Assembly: GCA_963850905.1 (NCBI GenBank)
Contig: CAWKMU010000004.1
Span: forward strand, 576,001-640,000
DNA length: 64,000 nt
Direction of reading: 5' to 3'
From: an uncultured Gemmatimonadales bacterium
GTDB lineage: Bacteria > Gemmatimonadota > Gemmatimonadetes > Gemmatimonadales > Gemmatimonadaceae
In this document: in pieces, positions 1 to 9,408 of the stretch
Numbering within the stretch: the first letter of the stretch is position 1
How the letters are laid out: each line of letters begins with the position of its first letter
The notes under the pieces: generated by a model
Databases searched by the model: none
What the model was told of the DNA's origin: nothing
What the model saw: the letters and a program-made list of their open reading frames with translations, nothing else
Translations under genes and position numbers: made by a program

Positions 1-1408
1 CGTCCACGTACTGCACGTCTCCTGGAATCTCTCGCTCGATCCCGGCGAGGTCATGGCCCACTACGGCGACTGTCTGGTGTCCCTCGACCGAATCCAGGAT
101 CGGCACCAGTGGAACGAAATCTCGAAAAGTCGCAGTGACGCTGAGGTCCATCACCGGCGGATGGGCGTCTTGGGAACGGGTGAGGTGGAACTCAGCCCTG
201 CGCACGACGAAGCGCTGCGCATCGAGATAGACCGAGCCCGCCACGTCCGGAGTGTGGAGCCGGTCCGCCGGCTTGAAATCGAGACGGAAGGTGCTGCCGC
301 GACGCGAATGCTGGAACACGCCCATGGAGAAGCAGTGCGCAGCCAGGAAGGCAGTGTCGCCGAGGTCTGCGAAGGTGGGCAGATACATGTAACGACGCTT
401 CCCTTCAGTGTAGACGACTGCGCCCGCACGATACTGGTGCTGAGCTCGTGAATCGTACGCGACGGTGTCGAGAGACAACAGCCGTGTCCTCCCCCCGTTG
501 AGCAGATCTCGCCGCTCCTCTCGGACGTATTGAAACGGATACTCCTCGAGGAGCAGCCGGTAGCGGTCCACGTTCTCGCGCACGAGCAGGAACAGCGCGG
601 CGAGCTCAGGGTCGGCAGCGGGATTGGGCGGACCTGTCGCCACACAGCCTTTCGGCCGCCGACCGATCACGCGCACGAGCTTGAGGAGCACGGCCGCGCA
701 ATGCATGCGGAGCGTGACGGTCGCGATGGCGGGAGCCGGCCCGACGTCGACCGTGGTATCCAGGGGGGCGTATCCGATCTGACGTGCCCGCAGCGCATAC
801 CGACGTGGGGTCAATCGCGCCAGTCGAAAGTGGCCAGACGCGTCGACGAATCGGGAGCGGTCCGTACCCACGAGTGTAACCGTGGCGTAGGGAACCGGCT
901 CGCCAGTGTCCTGATCCACCAACGAGCCGCTGATGACACCGGAGGAGTCAGCATCAGTCGCCGAGGCGCGTGACACGAGCGTGAGGCGCCCGCCGTCGCC
1001 CACCAGGACATCCAGCGGCGCATCACCGAGCACCCACGCGAGCGCGGCCGCAACCGTCACGTCATCCGCCTTCATCGAGACACGCGCGCCGAGTGGTGCA
1101 GACTCTGTGGCGTACGTCACGTCGAGGCCGGCGCGCGCGGCGATGGCCTCAATGGCAGCGCCCAACGGAACGCCGATCAAAGTGAGTGAGACGCGCCGGT
1201 CGAGCTCCGCTGCGTCGTGCGCATCGACGTGCTCACCGTCCTCGGGCCGCACGCGGAAAAACGCGTGACCGGCCGACGGCGACCGCGCCACCCGTTCTCC
1301 TGGCAGCTCGCCCTGGGTCCGCGCGGAGTCCTGGGCCGCCAGGTGAGCGGCTGTCGCGGCGGCGAGAATCGCCACACGAATCAGAATGCGCGCGAGACGG
1401 GTATCCAC
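1..1408 (-). CDS. Secreted protein with STN-like N-terminal domain and carboxypeptidase-regulatory-like domain (3' end runs off the window)
   Basis: Manually translated open frame from GTG 1408 to the window edge (absent from the ORF track): MDTRLARILIRVAILAAATAAHLAAQ signal peptide; LDRRVSLTLIGVPLGAAIEAIAARAGLDVTY (STN-like); GVISGSLVDQDTGEPVPYATVTL...RARQIGYAPLDTTV (CarboxypepD_reg-like). Confidence 0.75.
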   Translation of the reverse strand, partial: MDTRLARILIRVAILAAATAAHLAAQDSARTQGELPGERVARSPSAGHAFFRVRPEDGEHVDAHDAAELDRRVSLTLIGVPLGAAIEAIAARAGLDVTYATESAPLGARVSMKADDVTVAAALAWVLGDAPLDVLVGDGGRLTLVSRASATDADSSGVISGSLVDQDTGEPVPYATVTLVGTDRSRFVDASGHFRLARLTPRRYALRARQIGYAPLDTTVDVGPAPAIATVTLRMHCAAVLLKLVRVIGRRPKGCVATGPPNPAADPELAALFLLVRENVDRYRLLLEEYPFQYVREERRDLLNGGRTRLLSLDTVAYDSRAQHQYRAGAVVYTEGKRRYMYLPTFADLGDTAFLAAHCFSMGVFQHSRRGSTFRLDFKPADRLHTPDVAGSVYLDAQRFVVRRAEFHLTRSQDAHPPVMDLSVTATFRDFVPLVPILDSVEGHQTVAVVGHDLAGIEREIPGDVQYVD

Positions 1409-1700
1409 CCTTCACCTGCAGGCCCGAACGCCGGTCATTCTCGCTCCGTGCCGAAGTCGTCGGCACGAAGCGGCCCCCGCCGTCGGACGTGTCACCTGGA
1501 GGTACCGCAATCGCCTGGGTCACGAGCTGAGCTACGCGGCACGCTCCGATCTGTGGGCCTCGAAATGCAATTGGCGTACGCTTTCGGGCCGTGCACCGGC
1601 CATACAGCGCCCGACCGACACCATCGTGCCTAACGACACCCGTGGTCCATCAGCCGCAATTGGACGGTGGGCCGACGGCCCCTCCACGCACGGTCGGGGT

Positions 1701-1827
1701 CGACGCCAATAACCGGCCCTGGACCGGTAGGGGCGACTCATTGCGTCGCCCGTTGTTGTCGTAGACGGGTGCAACGCCAATTACCGGCCCCGCACCGGTA
1801 GGGGCGACGCATTGCGTCGCCCGTTGT
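1701..1827 (+). repeat. Two ~56-bp direct repeats (71-bp period), each containing a GTAG-type REP-like palindrome
   Basis: GTAGGGGCGACTCATTGCGTCGCCC at 1727-1751 and GTAGGGGCGACGCATTGCGTCGCCC at 1798-1822; GGGCGAC/GTCGCCC stem preceded by GTAG. Confidence 0.8.
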
Positions 1828-2219
1828 GCGGTCCGCAGAGGCGCGATCGGCATAGGGCGATCGCTCATCCCGGCACCGCTAGCGTGGTCCTTGCAATCCA
1901 GGAGCGATACCATGCCCGCGTCGCCGGACGTCGAGGACCGAGCCGACCGACGTCGGGGCGACTGGATATTCAACGAGAGACCTCCGGGTCCCGAAGCAAT
2001 CGGAGCGAGCGGTCACACAGACACGATTGGCCGATTGTGCCAGCCGAATCGGGCATTGGCGCCGATCTCCAGCGCAAGGCAGTCCACGGATCTTGCTGCG
2101 GCGACGCCATGGCCGTATGCTCTCTGGCTGCCAGGCCCCCGTAGCTGCAACATGACGTTCTCCACCGTGCAGCACTATGGGCGTTTCCGGGCAGGATGCT
2201 CGCAGCGCAGCACCGTCAT

Positions 2220-2708
2220 ATGACGCAGGCGCCCACTCTGCCGAATCCAGTAAGGGGTATTGTGGCCGGGCACACGGGCTCCGAGAGCAGTCGGGCCATC
2301 ATCCTGGTTGTCGAGCGAGATCCACACGTCCGTGATCTGGAGGCCTACTTCCTGGACGAAGCGGGCTACGACGTCGAGTTTGCGGCCGATGGTGTGGCCG
2401 CGCTGGCGATGGCGCGGGTGCTCATCCCCCGCATTGTCGTCACCGAAATTCTGGTGCCGAAGCTCGATGGGCTCTCGCTGTGTCGGGCAATCAAGGAAGA
2501 TCCGGCGCTAGCCGACACCGCAGTGCTGATATTTAGCATCTTGGCGGCGGCAGCTCGTGCACACGATGCCGGCGCCGATGCATTTCTCATGAAGCCGCTG
2601 GCCGACCGCCGGCTGGTCGATACGGTTCGAGCGTTGGTCGCGAAACAAGGCAGCGGATCGGCGCGCCCGCCCAAAAGACCGTCGCGGCCAGGAGGCCCCC
2701 GCTCATGA
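2220..2708 (+). CDS. Single-domain response regulator (atypical receiver; phospho-acceptor Asp replaced by Glu)
   Basis: ILVVERD...VVTEILVPKLDGLSLC...GADAFLMKP receiver fold; start codon uncertain. Confidence 0.85.
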   Translation: MTQAPTLPNPVRGIVAGHTGSESSRAIILVVERDPHVRDLEAYFLDEAGYDVEFAADGVAALAMARVLIPRIVVTEILVPKLDGLSLCRAIKEDPALADTAVLIFSILAAAARAHDAGADAFLMKPLADRRLVDTVRALVAKQGSGSARPPKRPSRPGGPRS

Positions 2709-4123
2709 TCCGCAGCCAGTTGGTCTCGCCGGAGGCGAGCGCACCGACGGATCTCTTCCCGCGCGTGGGGACCGGCAACCTGCAAGCTGACTCTGTGCTC
2801 GCCGGAGGTTTCCCCGGCAACTCGATCAACATCATCATGGGTCAGGCCGGGACGGGCAAGACGATCTTCGCCGAACAACTGCTATTCCACAACGCGACGC
2901 CCGATCGCCCCTCCCTATTCATCACGACCCTCTCGGAGCCCCTGACGAAGGTCGTCAGCTATGTACAGCGCTTCCGCTTCTTCGAGGCGGACAAGCTCGG
3001 TACGGACATTCAATATCACGATCTCGGCGCGGCGCTTGCGGCCGAGGGCCCTGAGGCGCTGGTGCCATGGCTGACAGAACAGATCAAGGTGTCGAGGCCC
3101 AAGCTCATCGTCATCGACTCCTTTCGCGCGATACACGATCTGACGACATCGGCACAGCTGATGCGGCGTATCGTCTCGGATCTTGCCGGCCTCCTGTCCG
3201 CGTACGACGTCACGACGTTCCTGCTCGGCGAGTATACCACCGACGACATTGAGCGCTTCCCGGAATTTGGTGTCGGAGACGGGATCATCGAGCTGGCCCG
3301 CCGCCCGCTCAGCTCGCGGGACGAACGGTTTCTCCGGGTCCTCAAGTTGCGAGGCAGCAGCTATAGAGAAGGGCAGCACGGGTTTCGAATCACGCAGGAC
3401 GGGCTGGAAGTCTACCCCCGACTCGTGTCGCCACGGGTCTCCAAGGACTACGCGCCTCGCCTGGAACGGCTGTCCACTGGTGTCGAGGGCCTCGATGCCG
3501 CGCTGTGGGGCGGCCTATGGCGAGGGTCGACCACCTTGCTCGTGGGACCAACGGGATCCGGTAAGACGACGCTAGCGCTGCAGTTCGCGCTCGAAGGCGT
3601 GCGACAGGGTGAGCAGGTGCTCTTCGTGAACTTTCAGGAGAACCCATCGCAGTTGCGTCGGACGATCGACGGGCTTGGTATGCCTGCGGACGAAGCCGTG
3701 GCGCGAGGGCTCGGCCTACGCTACGTGTCGCCGGTCGAGCTCCAGATCGACAGTATCGTCGTCGGCATCTTCGAACGCATCCGCCAAGGCGACGTCCGTC
3801 GCGTGGTGGTCGACGCGATCGGCGATCTCGCCACCGCGGCCAACGATGCGCTGCGTTTGCACGACTATTTGTATGCCCTTGTCCAGCACTTCGCGGTCAA
3901 TGATGTCACGAGTGTGCTGACGTTCGAGTCTCGAGGAGATGTTATCAGCACCATCGAGTTCGAGCATCGCTTCTCGTACATGTCCGACAACATCATCCAG
4001 CTGGGCATGCGCGGTGAGGAGCGAACACAACGCACGCTGCGGGTGGTGAAGACGCGGAACAGTGGACATGACACCGACGTGCGGGAGTTGGACATTCAAT
4101 CGGGAGGCGCGCGGCTTGTCTGA
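2705..4123 (+). CDS. KaiC-like / RAD55-family double-domain ATPase
   Basis: Two RecA-like domains with Walker A GQAGTGKT and GPTGSGKT, Walker B IVIDS / VVVDA, KLRGS / KTRNS arginine-finger motifs; ATGA overlap with upstream gene. Confidence 0.9.
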   Translation: MIRSQLVSPEASAPTDLFPRVGTGNLQADSVLAGGFPGNSINIIMGQAGTGKTIFAEQLLFHNATPDRPSLFITTLSEPLTKVVSYVQRFRFFEADKLGTDIQYHDLGAALAAEGPEALVPWLTEQIKVSRPKLIVIDSFRAIHDLTTSAQLMRRIVSDLAGLLSAYDVTTFLLGEYTTDDIERFPEFGVGDGIIELARRPLSSRDERFLRVLKLRGSSYREGQHGFRITQDGLEVYPRLVSPRVSKDYAPRLERLSTGVEGLDAALWGGLWRGSTTLLVGPTGSGKTTLALQFALEGVRQGEQVLFVNFQENPSQLRRTIDGLGMPADEAVARGLGLRYVSPVELQIDSIVVGIFERIRQGDVRRVVVDAIGDLATAANDALRLHDYLYALVQHFAVNDVTSVLTFESRGDVISTIEFEHRFSYMSDNIIQLGMRGEERTQRTLRVVKTRNSGHDTDVRELDIQSGGARLV

Positions 4124-5453
4124 CCGCCGACAGGGTGTGAGACGCGGCCCCGCCGCCCGTAATCGCCCTTTGACCGATCTGGCCGCGTCGCCGGCAGCCC
4201 TGGCATCCGATCCACGGCTCTCGCGGCTCGCGGAGCTGAGTCGGACGCTGACGAATGCGGCCTTGCTCGAGGACATTCTCCAGCTCGCAGCCGAGCAGGC
4301 GGCCGAGCTTCTTAGCGCCACTAAGGCCGTGCTGATGCTCATTGATGCGGATGGCATGCTTCGGGTGCGGGCTGCCGTTGGCGTGGCGGATGAGATGGTG
4401 GCGCGCTTTCGGCAGTCTTTCGACGAATCCCTCGTGACCCGGCTTCAGGGGCTTTTTGGGACCGGCCATTCCGATGGCTTCATCGGGGTGCCTCTCGTCG
4501 TCAAAGGGCGAGTAACCGGCCTGTTGGCAGTCATGCGGCCGCGCGCGAGCCCGGCCACCGCCGAGGACGAGGCGCTGCTGTCGGCCCTCGCCGATCAGAC
4601 GGCCGCCCCTCTCGAGCACGCGCTGCTCGCTGACCGGGTTGAGCGCACGACGCTGGTTGCCGACAACGTGCGACTGTACGAGGCGGAGCGCGCAGCGCGC
4701 ATCGAGGCGGAACGGGCACGCACCGAGGCGGAATCAGCCAACCGGGCGAAGAGCGAGTTCCTGGCGAACATGAGCCACGAGCTGCGGACACCGCTCAATG
4801 CGATCGGCGGGTATGTCGAGTTGATCGAGATGGGATTACGCGGCCCTGTGACAGCGGCGCAGCGCGAGGACCTCCGCCGCATTCGGTCAAGCCAACATGC
4901 CTTGCTTCGGCTCGTGGAGGACATGCTCGACGTGGCGAAGTTGGAGACCGGGCATGTGCAGCTCGAGTTGACGAACGTCACGGTCCACGACGTGCTGGCC
5001 GGCGCCGAAGCGCTCGTGTTCCCCCAACTCTTCGCCAAGATGCTCGCGTACCACTACGAAGCGATCGACCCCGCCGTCTTGGTCCGCGCCGACCGCATGC
5101 GACTCCAGCAGATCATCCTCAATCTGATCAGCAACGCCATCAAGTTTACCGAGGCCGGGGGGACGATCACGGTGTGTGCGGAGACCAGCGCCGACATCGT
5201 GCTCATCCGAGTCATGGATACCGGCCGGGGCATTCCTGCCGACATGCTGGAGACCATCTTCGAGCCGTTCGTTCGGGTGGAGCGTGGGTTTGCGCGTTCC
5301 ACCGAAGGGGCGGGTCTCGGTCTGGCGATCAGTCGGTCACTCAGTCGCGCCATGGGCGGAGATCTGACGGCGGAGAGCACGCTGGGTGTTGGATCGACCT
5401 TTATGGTCAAGCTCCTACGGTCGGACCCGAACCGCCCACGCAGGCGAGACTGA
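4116..5453 (+). CDS. GAF-domain sensor histidine kinase (HisKA/HATPase_c)
   Basis: FLANMSHELRTPL H-box, NLISNAIKFT, DTGRGI, GAGLGL; TTG start 8 nt after GGAGG, overlapping the KaiC-like stop. Confidence 0.9.
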   Translation: MSDRRQGVRRGPAARNRPLTDLAASPAALASDPRLSRLAELSRTLTNAALLEDILQLAAEQAAELLSATKAVLMLIDADGMLRVRAAVGVADEMVARFRQSFDESLVTRLQGLFGTGHSDGFIGVPLVVKGRVTGLLAVMRPRASPATAEDEALLSALADQTAAPLEHALLADRVERTTLVADNVRLYEAERAARIEAERARTEAESANRAKSEFLANMSHELRTPLNAIGGYVELIEMGLRGPVTAAQREDLRRIRSSQHALLRLVEDMLDVAKLETGHVQLELTNVTVHDVLAGAEALVFPQLFAKMLAYHYEAIDPAVLVRADRMRLQQIILNLISNAIKFTEAGGTITVCAETSADIVLIRVMDTGRGIPADMLETIFEPFVRVERGFARSTEGAGLGLAISRSLSRAMGGDLTAESTLGVGSTFMVKLLRSDPNRPRRRD

Positions 5454-5746
5454 GCGGCGCCGGGTATGTCACCCCGTGCGCCGCTGTTAATCCGCCGCAA
5501 AATACGCATCCAGCGCTACGCTGCTAAGATCGAGCGACCTCGGTGAGCTGGTCGCAAAGCGGCGCGTGCCGGCGGCCCCCCAGTGGGCGGTACCGTACAC
5601 AGTTTGGTTCCCGATCCGCAGCTCGGAGAAATGAACGCCAAATGGGATGCGGCTTCCCGAGACGCAATCCGGCAGCGGCTAGCCAAGAGAGTTCCTAGTC
5701 GCGAGTTGATTTGCCAGCACGACGGGTGCGAACCGACCCGGCCGCG

Positions 5747-5956
5747 TTACACCCCCTCGCGCCGTCCAGCGGCCACCAAGACGATACCGACGACGACCAC
5801 GACAATGCCGGCTGCGGGTGTGATAAAACCTCGCTTCGCGGTGGAAACCTGCACGGGACCAATGTCCGTGCTGTGTCGACTCTTCGTGTAGCTGATGCCG
5901 CCGTACGCGAGCACCACTCCGCCGAACACGATCAATAGGATACCGAGCGTGCGCAT
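5747..5956 (-). CDS. Small two-TM membrane protein (DUF3185-like)
   Basis: Two hydrophobic segments around DIGPVQVS; GAGGAG RBS upstream. Confidence 0.7.
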   Translation of the reverse strand: MRTLGILLIVFGGVVLAYGGISYTKSRHSTDIGPVQVSTAKRGFITPAAGIVVVVVGIVLVAAGRREGV

Positions 5957-6122
5957 TCACTCTCCTCGCCTGGGTCGTACACGGCAACGGGCAAGAGCGA
6001 TACCACTGACCGCATCGCTGCCGTATGCGGCACGCGATGTGCCTGACCTCTTGCCACGGCACTAGCGGAGTCGCCGGGTGCCGGTCGGTACGCCGGCGCG
6101 CACTTCACACTGGAGGAAGACA

Positions 6123-6347
6123 ATGCCCGATCAATCGAACCCCAATGACTACGGGACCGGCTCTCACCGAGGAGCAGCCGACTCTGTCGCGGGCAAGGCG
6201 AAGGAAGGCGCAGGCAAAGCAAGAGAAGAACTGGGCAAGGAACGCGACGATGCGCAGCTCGAGGCCGAAGGGCGCTTCGAGAAAGACGCGGGGAAGGCTC
6301 AGGACAATCTCGGCAAGTCCGAAAGAAAGATTGAGCGGGATGATTAG
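6123..6347 (+). CDS. CsbD-family general stress protein
   Basis: GKAKEGAGKAREELGK...LEAEGRFEKDAGKAQ pattern; GGAGG RBS. Confidence 0.8.
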   Translation: MPDQSNPNDYGTGSHRGAADSVAGKAKEGAGKAREELGKERDDAQLEAEGRFEKDAGKAQDNLGKSERKIERDD

Positions 6348-6397
6348 CACGCGAAGGATCCGCGGGGCCTGACCCGCGTCACTGATATCCAAGACAC

Positions 6398-7741
6398 GTG
6401 ACACGACAGGCCACACGGCTCCTCGCCGCGGCACCACGCGTGTCGGTACCGCCCGACCCGCATCCGCAACGCACGCGCGGCGGCGGTGTCAGCGCGGTCG
6501 CTCGCGCTGTCAGGTTGCTTGGACCTGGGCTCATTACTGGCGCAGCCGACGACGATCCCTCCGGAATCGCGACGTATTCGCAGGCGGGTGCCGCCTTTGG
6601 CTACGGTCTGCTTTGGACGGCGCTCCTGACGTTGCCGCTCATGGTGGCCATCCAGCTCATGTGTGCGCGCGTCGGCGAGGTCACAGATCGCGGGCTGGCG
6701 AGTGTGTTGCGCAAACACTATCCGGCGTGGGTGTTGTGGCTCGCGTGCAGCCTGCTGGCCATCGCCAATACCGTCAACATCGGCGCGGACCTCGGTGCGA
6801 TGGCCGCGGGTGGGCACCTGATTACCGGTGTGCGCGCCATCTGGTTCCTTCCGCCCTTCGCGGTCGCGATGCTCCTCGTTGTGGCGTTCACGTCGTACGC
6901 GCAGGTCACCGCGATATTCAAGTGGCTGACACTCAGCTTGTTTGCGTACGTCGGCGCAGCCATTCTTGCGACGCCTCACTGGGGCGCCGTCCTACTCGGC
7001 ACGATCGCGCCGCACATACAGCGCAGCCATGAGTACGTCCTCACGGTCGTCGCGATTCTGGGCACCACTATCTCGCCATACCTCTTCTTCTGGCAGGCCG
7101 CGTCCTCGGCCGAGGAGCGCGACGCGAGAGAAGCGGCGATCGGCGAACGCGCGCCGCGCGCGGTCGAGCGAGAACTTCGGAGCGTGCGAGCCAATGTCGT
7201 GACGGGCATGTTCTTCTCCAACCTCATCATGTATTTCATCATCCTGACGGCTGGCGCGACCCTGCACGGGGTCCAGGCCAACATCGAGACGGCCGAGCAA
7301 GCCGCCACCGCGCTACGCCCGGTGGCCGGGCCGGCTGCGGAGTTCCTCTTCGCTGTAGGCTTGATCGGTACCGGGCTGCTGGGCGTGCCCGTCCTGGCTG
7401 GCTCCGCGGCCTATGCGCTCGCGGAGGCGGGTGCGTGGCGTCGCGGCATGGACGAGACGCCGCGAACGGCGGGACGGTTCTACGCGGTCTTCGCAGTGGC
7501 GCTATTGATCGGGGCGGTCATCGATCTGCTGCGAGTGAACGCGATCCGACTGCTGTTTTGGTCTGCAGTCATAAACGGCCTCCTGGCGCCACCGCTCATC
7601 GTCATCATTCTCATCGTCTGCAACAACGCCACTATCATGGGGCCGCATCGGAATGGCCGAGTGTTGAACGCGCTCGGGATTCTGGCAGGACTCACGATGA
7701 CGGCCGCCGCGGTCGCGCTGGTCGCGAGCTGGGTCGCGTGA
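6398..7741 (+). CDS. NRAMP-superfamily divalent metal transporter
   Basis: LGPGLITGAADDDPSGIATYSQAGA and GTTISPYLFFWQ motifs, ~11 TM segments; not the canonical MntH DPGN/MPH type. Confidence 0.85.
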   Translation: MTRQATRLLAAAPRVSVPPDPHPQRTRGGGVSAVARAVRLLGPGLITGAADDDPSGIATYSQAGAAFGYGLLWTALLTLPLMVAIQLMCARVGEVTDRGLASVLRKHYPAWVLWLACSLLAIANTVNIGADLGAMAAGGHLITGVRAIWFLPPFAVAMLLVVAFTSYAQVTAIFKWLTLSLFAYVGAAILATPHWGAVLLGTIAPHIQRSHEYVLTVVAILGTTISPYLFFWQAASSAEERDAREAAIGERAPRAVERELRSVRANVVTGMFFSNLIMYFIILTAGATLHGVQANIETAEQAATALRPVAGPAAEFLFAVGLIGTGLLGVPVLAGSAAYALAEAGAWRRGMDETPRTAGRFYAVFAVALLIGAVIDLLRVNAIRLLFWSAVINGLLAPPLIVIILIVCNNATIMGPHRNGRVLNALGILAGLTMTAAAVALVASWVA

Positions 7742-7751
7742 TGGACGCGGT

Positions 7752-8078
7752 TCATGTCACGCCTCGCCCATAGAACGCCGCGATCAACGCGCCCACCAGA
7801 CGGTCATCTCGGATACTGAGACGGCTCGACAGCGGTCGGGTCAGATCGTTCCAGACCGTGTGGAACGCGATGACCAACTGCTCCGCCCGAAGGCCCTCCG
7901 CGTGCGCCTGGCGCACGATCCGGCGAATGATGTCAGCGACGCGTGGAGTGGCGCTCAGGTTTGCACGGCGCCGTATGGCCTCGTCACGGAGCTCCTCGAT
8001 CGCGGCTGCGAGAGCGCCACTGAGCGGGGGGCGGTTACCCTGACGGCTAGTTTGGTCGTTCGATTCGGTCTCGTCCAT
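7752..8078 (-). CDS. Hypothetical helical protein
   Basis: ORF with AHAEGLRAEQLVIAFHTVW...LIAAFY; no recognised family. Confidence 0.55.
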   Translation of the reverse strand: MDETESNDQTSRQGNRPPLSGALAAAIEELRDEAIRRRANLSATPRVADIIRRIVRQAHAEGLRAEQLVIAFHTVWNDLTRPLSSRLSIRDDRLVGALIAAFYGRGVT

Positions 8079-8364
8079 CTGGTGAGTCCGGTTCAGGTGC
8101 CGCTTGTGGGACGCGACCCGCGCGCGTGGCGCGCAGAAAGGCTGGCCCTCGAACCGACACCTATGCATGGTGTGGGCCTGCGCAAGACGAGAATGCTGTA
8201 GCCGGCAGCGTACCTATCGCGCAATGTACCGAGCGGCCACGGTGGGTGCGGAGCAGTCGTGCTCACACCGATCAGTTCGAAGGCAAGCACAGAACCGGTG
8301 CGGACCGGGGATTGCACTCTGTCGCAACGGCAGGCTCGATTGCGATCTCCCGACCGGAGGACCA

Positions 8365-8466
8365 ATGACCCCAAACACGCTCGAGGGTCCGTACGTCGAC
8401 GAACTCAAGGACTTGTACGGCGCCAAACAGAAGATCTTGAAGCGCCCGTCGGCGGAGCGACAATGA
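8365..8466 (+). pseudogene. N-terminal remnant of a YciF/DUF892 ferritin-like stress protein
   Basis: GGAGG RBS + MTPNTLEGPYVDELKDLYGAKQKILK resembles the YciF N-terminus (TLEDLY.DELKDLYSAE.QI.KAL); stops after 33 aa. Confidence 0.6.
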
Positions 8467-8888
8467 ACCCCGCGCTTCGTGCGCGCACCTCGCGCCGTGG
8501 TCTCAGTCGGACAACGTGTATCATCGGCGCGATGTGCATCTTGGTCGCCTGCGGCTCGACTGCACCCAAACCCAAAATTGGGTTCAGTCCGAGCACGGTG
8601 ACGCTCACAGCCACTGCGGGCGCCACAGCGTCGGGCTCAGTCGAGGTGAAGAATGTCGGCGGTGGAACGCTGTCGGGAGTCTCAGCGTCGGTCGGTGCAT
8701 ACTCGACCGGTGCGTCTGGCTGGCTCACCGTCACGCTGTCGGCGCCCACGGCGCCAGCGTCGCTCGAGTTGGTGGCAAACGCCGCCACAGTGAGCGCCGG
8801 GAGCTACTCCGCTGTCGTAAACGTGAGCGCAGCCGGCGCGAGTCCCCCGACAAATACGCTGACAGTGAATCTCACGGTGACGCAGTAG
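8463..8888 (+). CDS. Lipoprotein with BACON/Ig-like domain
   Basis: LVAC lipobox; NVGGGTL, GWLTVT, GSYSAVVNV beta-sandwich motifs. Confidence 0.7.
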   Translation: MNPALRARTSRRGLSRTTCIIGAMCILVACGSTAPKPKIGFSPSTVTLTATAGATASGSVEVKNVGGGTLSGVSASVGAYSTGASGWLTVTLSAPTAPASLELVANAATVSAGSYSAVVNVSAAGASPPTNTLTVNLTVTQ

Positions 8889-9046
8889 CAGGTCTGAAGT
8901 CTCGCGACTCGACAGGCCACACAGGCACGGCGTGCTCCCGAGCGCGCCGCCGTTGCTAGCCGTACGCGCCGAGCGACGGCACGCCCTATGCCTTCCTTGG
9001 GACCGAAGGCGCACACAGCGCCATGTCGGCCACTCCCTCCCGAGGT

Positions 9047-9235
9047 ATGCACGTGCCCAGAATACTGATTATCGCGCTGTTGGTCGCAGGGTGCAGTGCG
9101 GGCGGAAGCCACGATACGACACGCGCAACCGCCGATACCACCGTTACGCCAGTGAAGACAACTGACACGACGGTGGTTCAAAAGAAGGTCGACGTGCAGG
9201 TCGACACAGTGAAGAGGACGCACAACAAGTCATAG
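9047..9235 (+). CDS. Small Thr-rich lipoprotein
   Basis: LLVAGC lipobox, DTT repeats, GAGG RBS. Confidence 0.65.
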   Translation: MHVPRILIIALLVAGCSAGGSHDTTRATADTTVTPVKTTDTTVVQKKVDVQVDTVKRTHNKS

Positions 9236-9408
9236 CGGGCATCACCGCTCTATCGCGTCCCTCGGTTGCACGGCATTCTATGAGGGTCGCGTCCCGTGAG
9301 GGAGTGATGCTCCCTGGGTCCTTACAGCGCCGCTGTGCAGCTGCCACCCGCCGGCGTGGAGTCCGTATCTATTCATGAGAAGGGAGCCTCAGTTAGGAGG
9401 GCTTCAGA

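Noticed and set aside
53..1300. Plus-strand ORFs 53-451, 530-973 and 933-1268
   Set aside because: Antisense shadows of the minus-strand gene 1-1408.
1701..1827. Possible mini CRISPR array
   Set aside because: Only two units, almost no unique spacer, no cas genes; the GTAG hairpin fits REP elements better.
2705..4123. True circadian clock kaiC
   Set aside because: No kaiA/kaiB nearby, shorter protein without the C-terminal tail, SY instead of ST phosphosites and non-canonical catalytic EE motifs.
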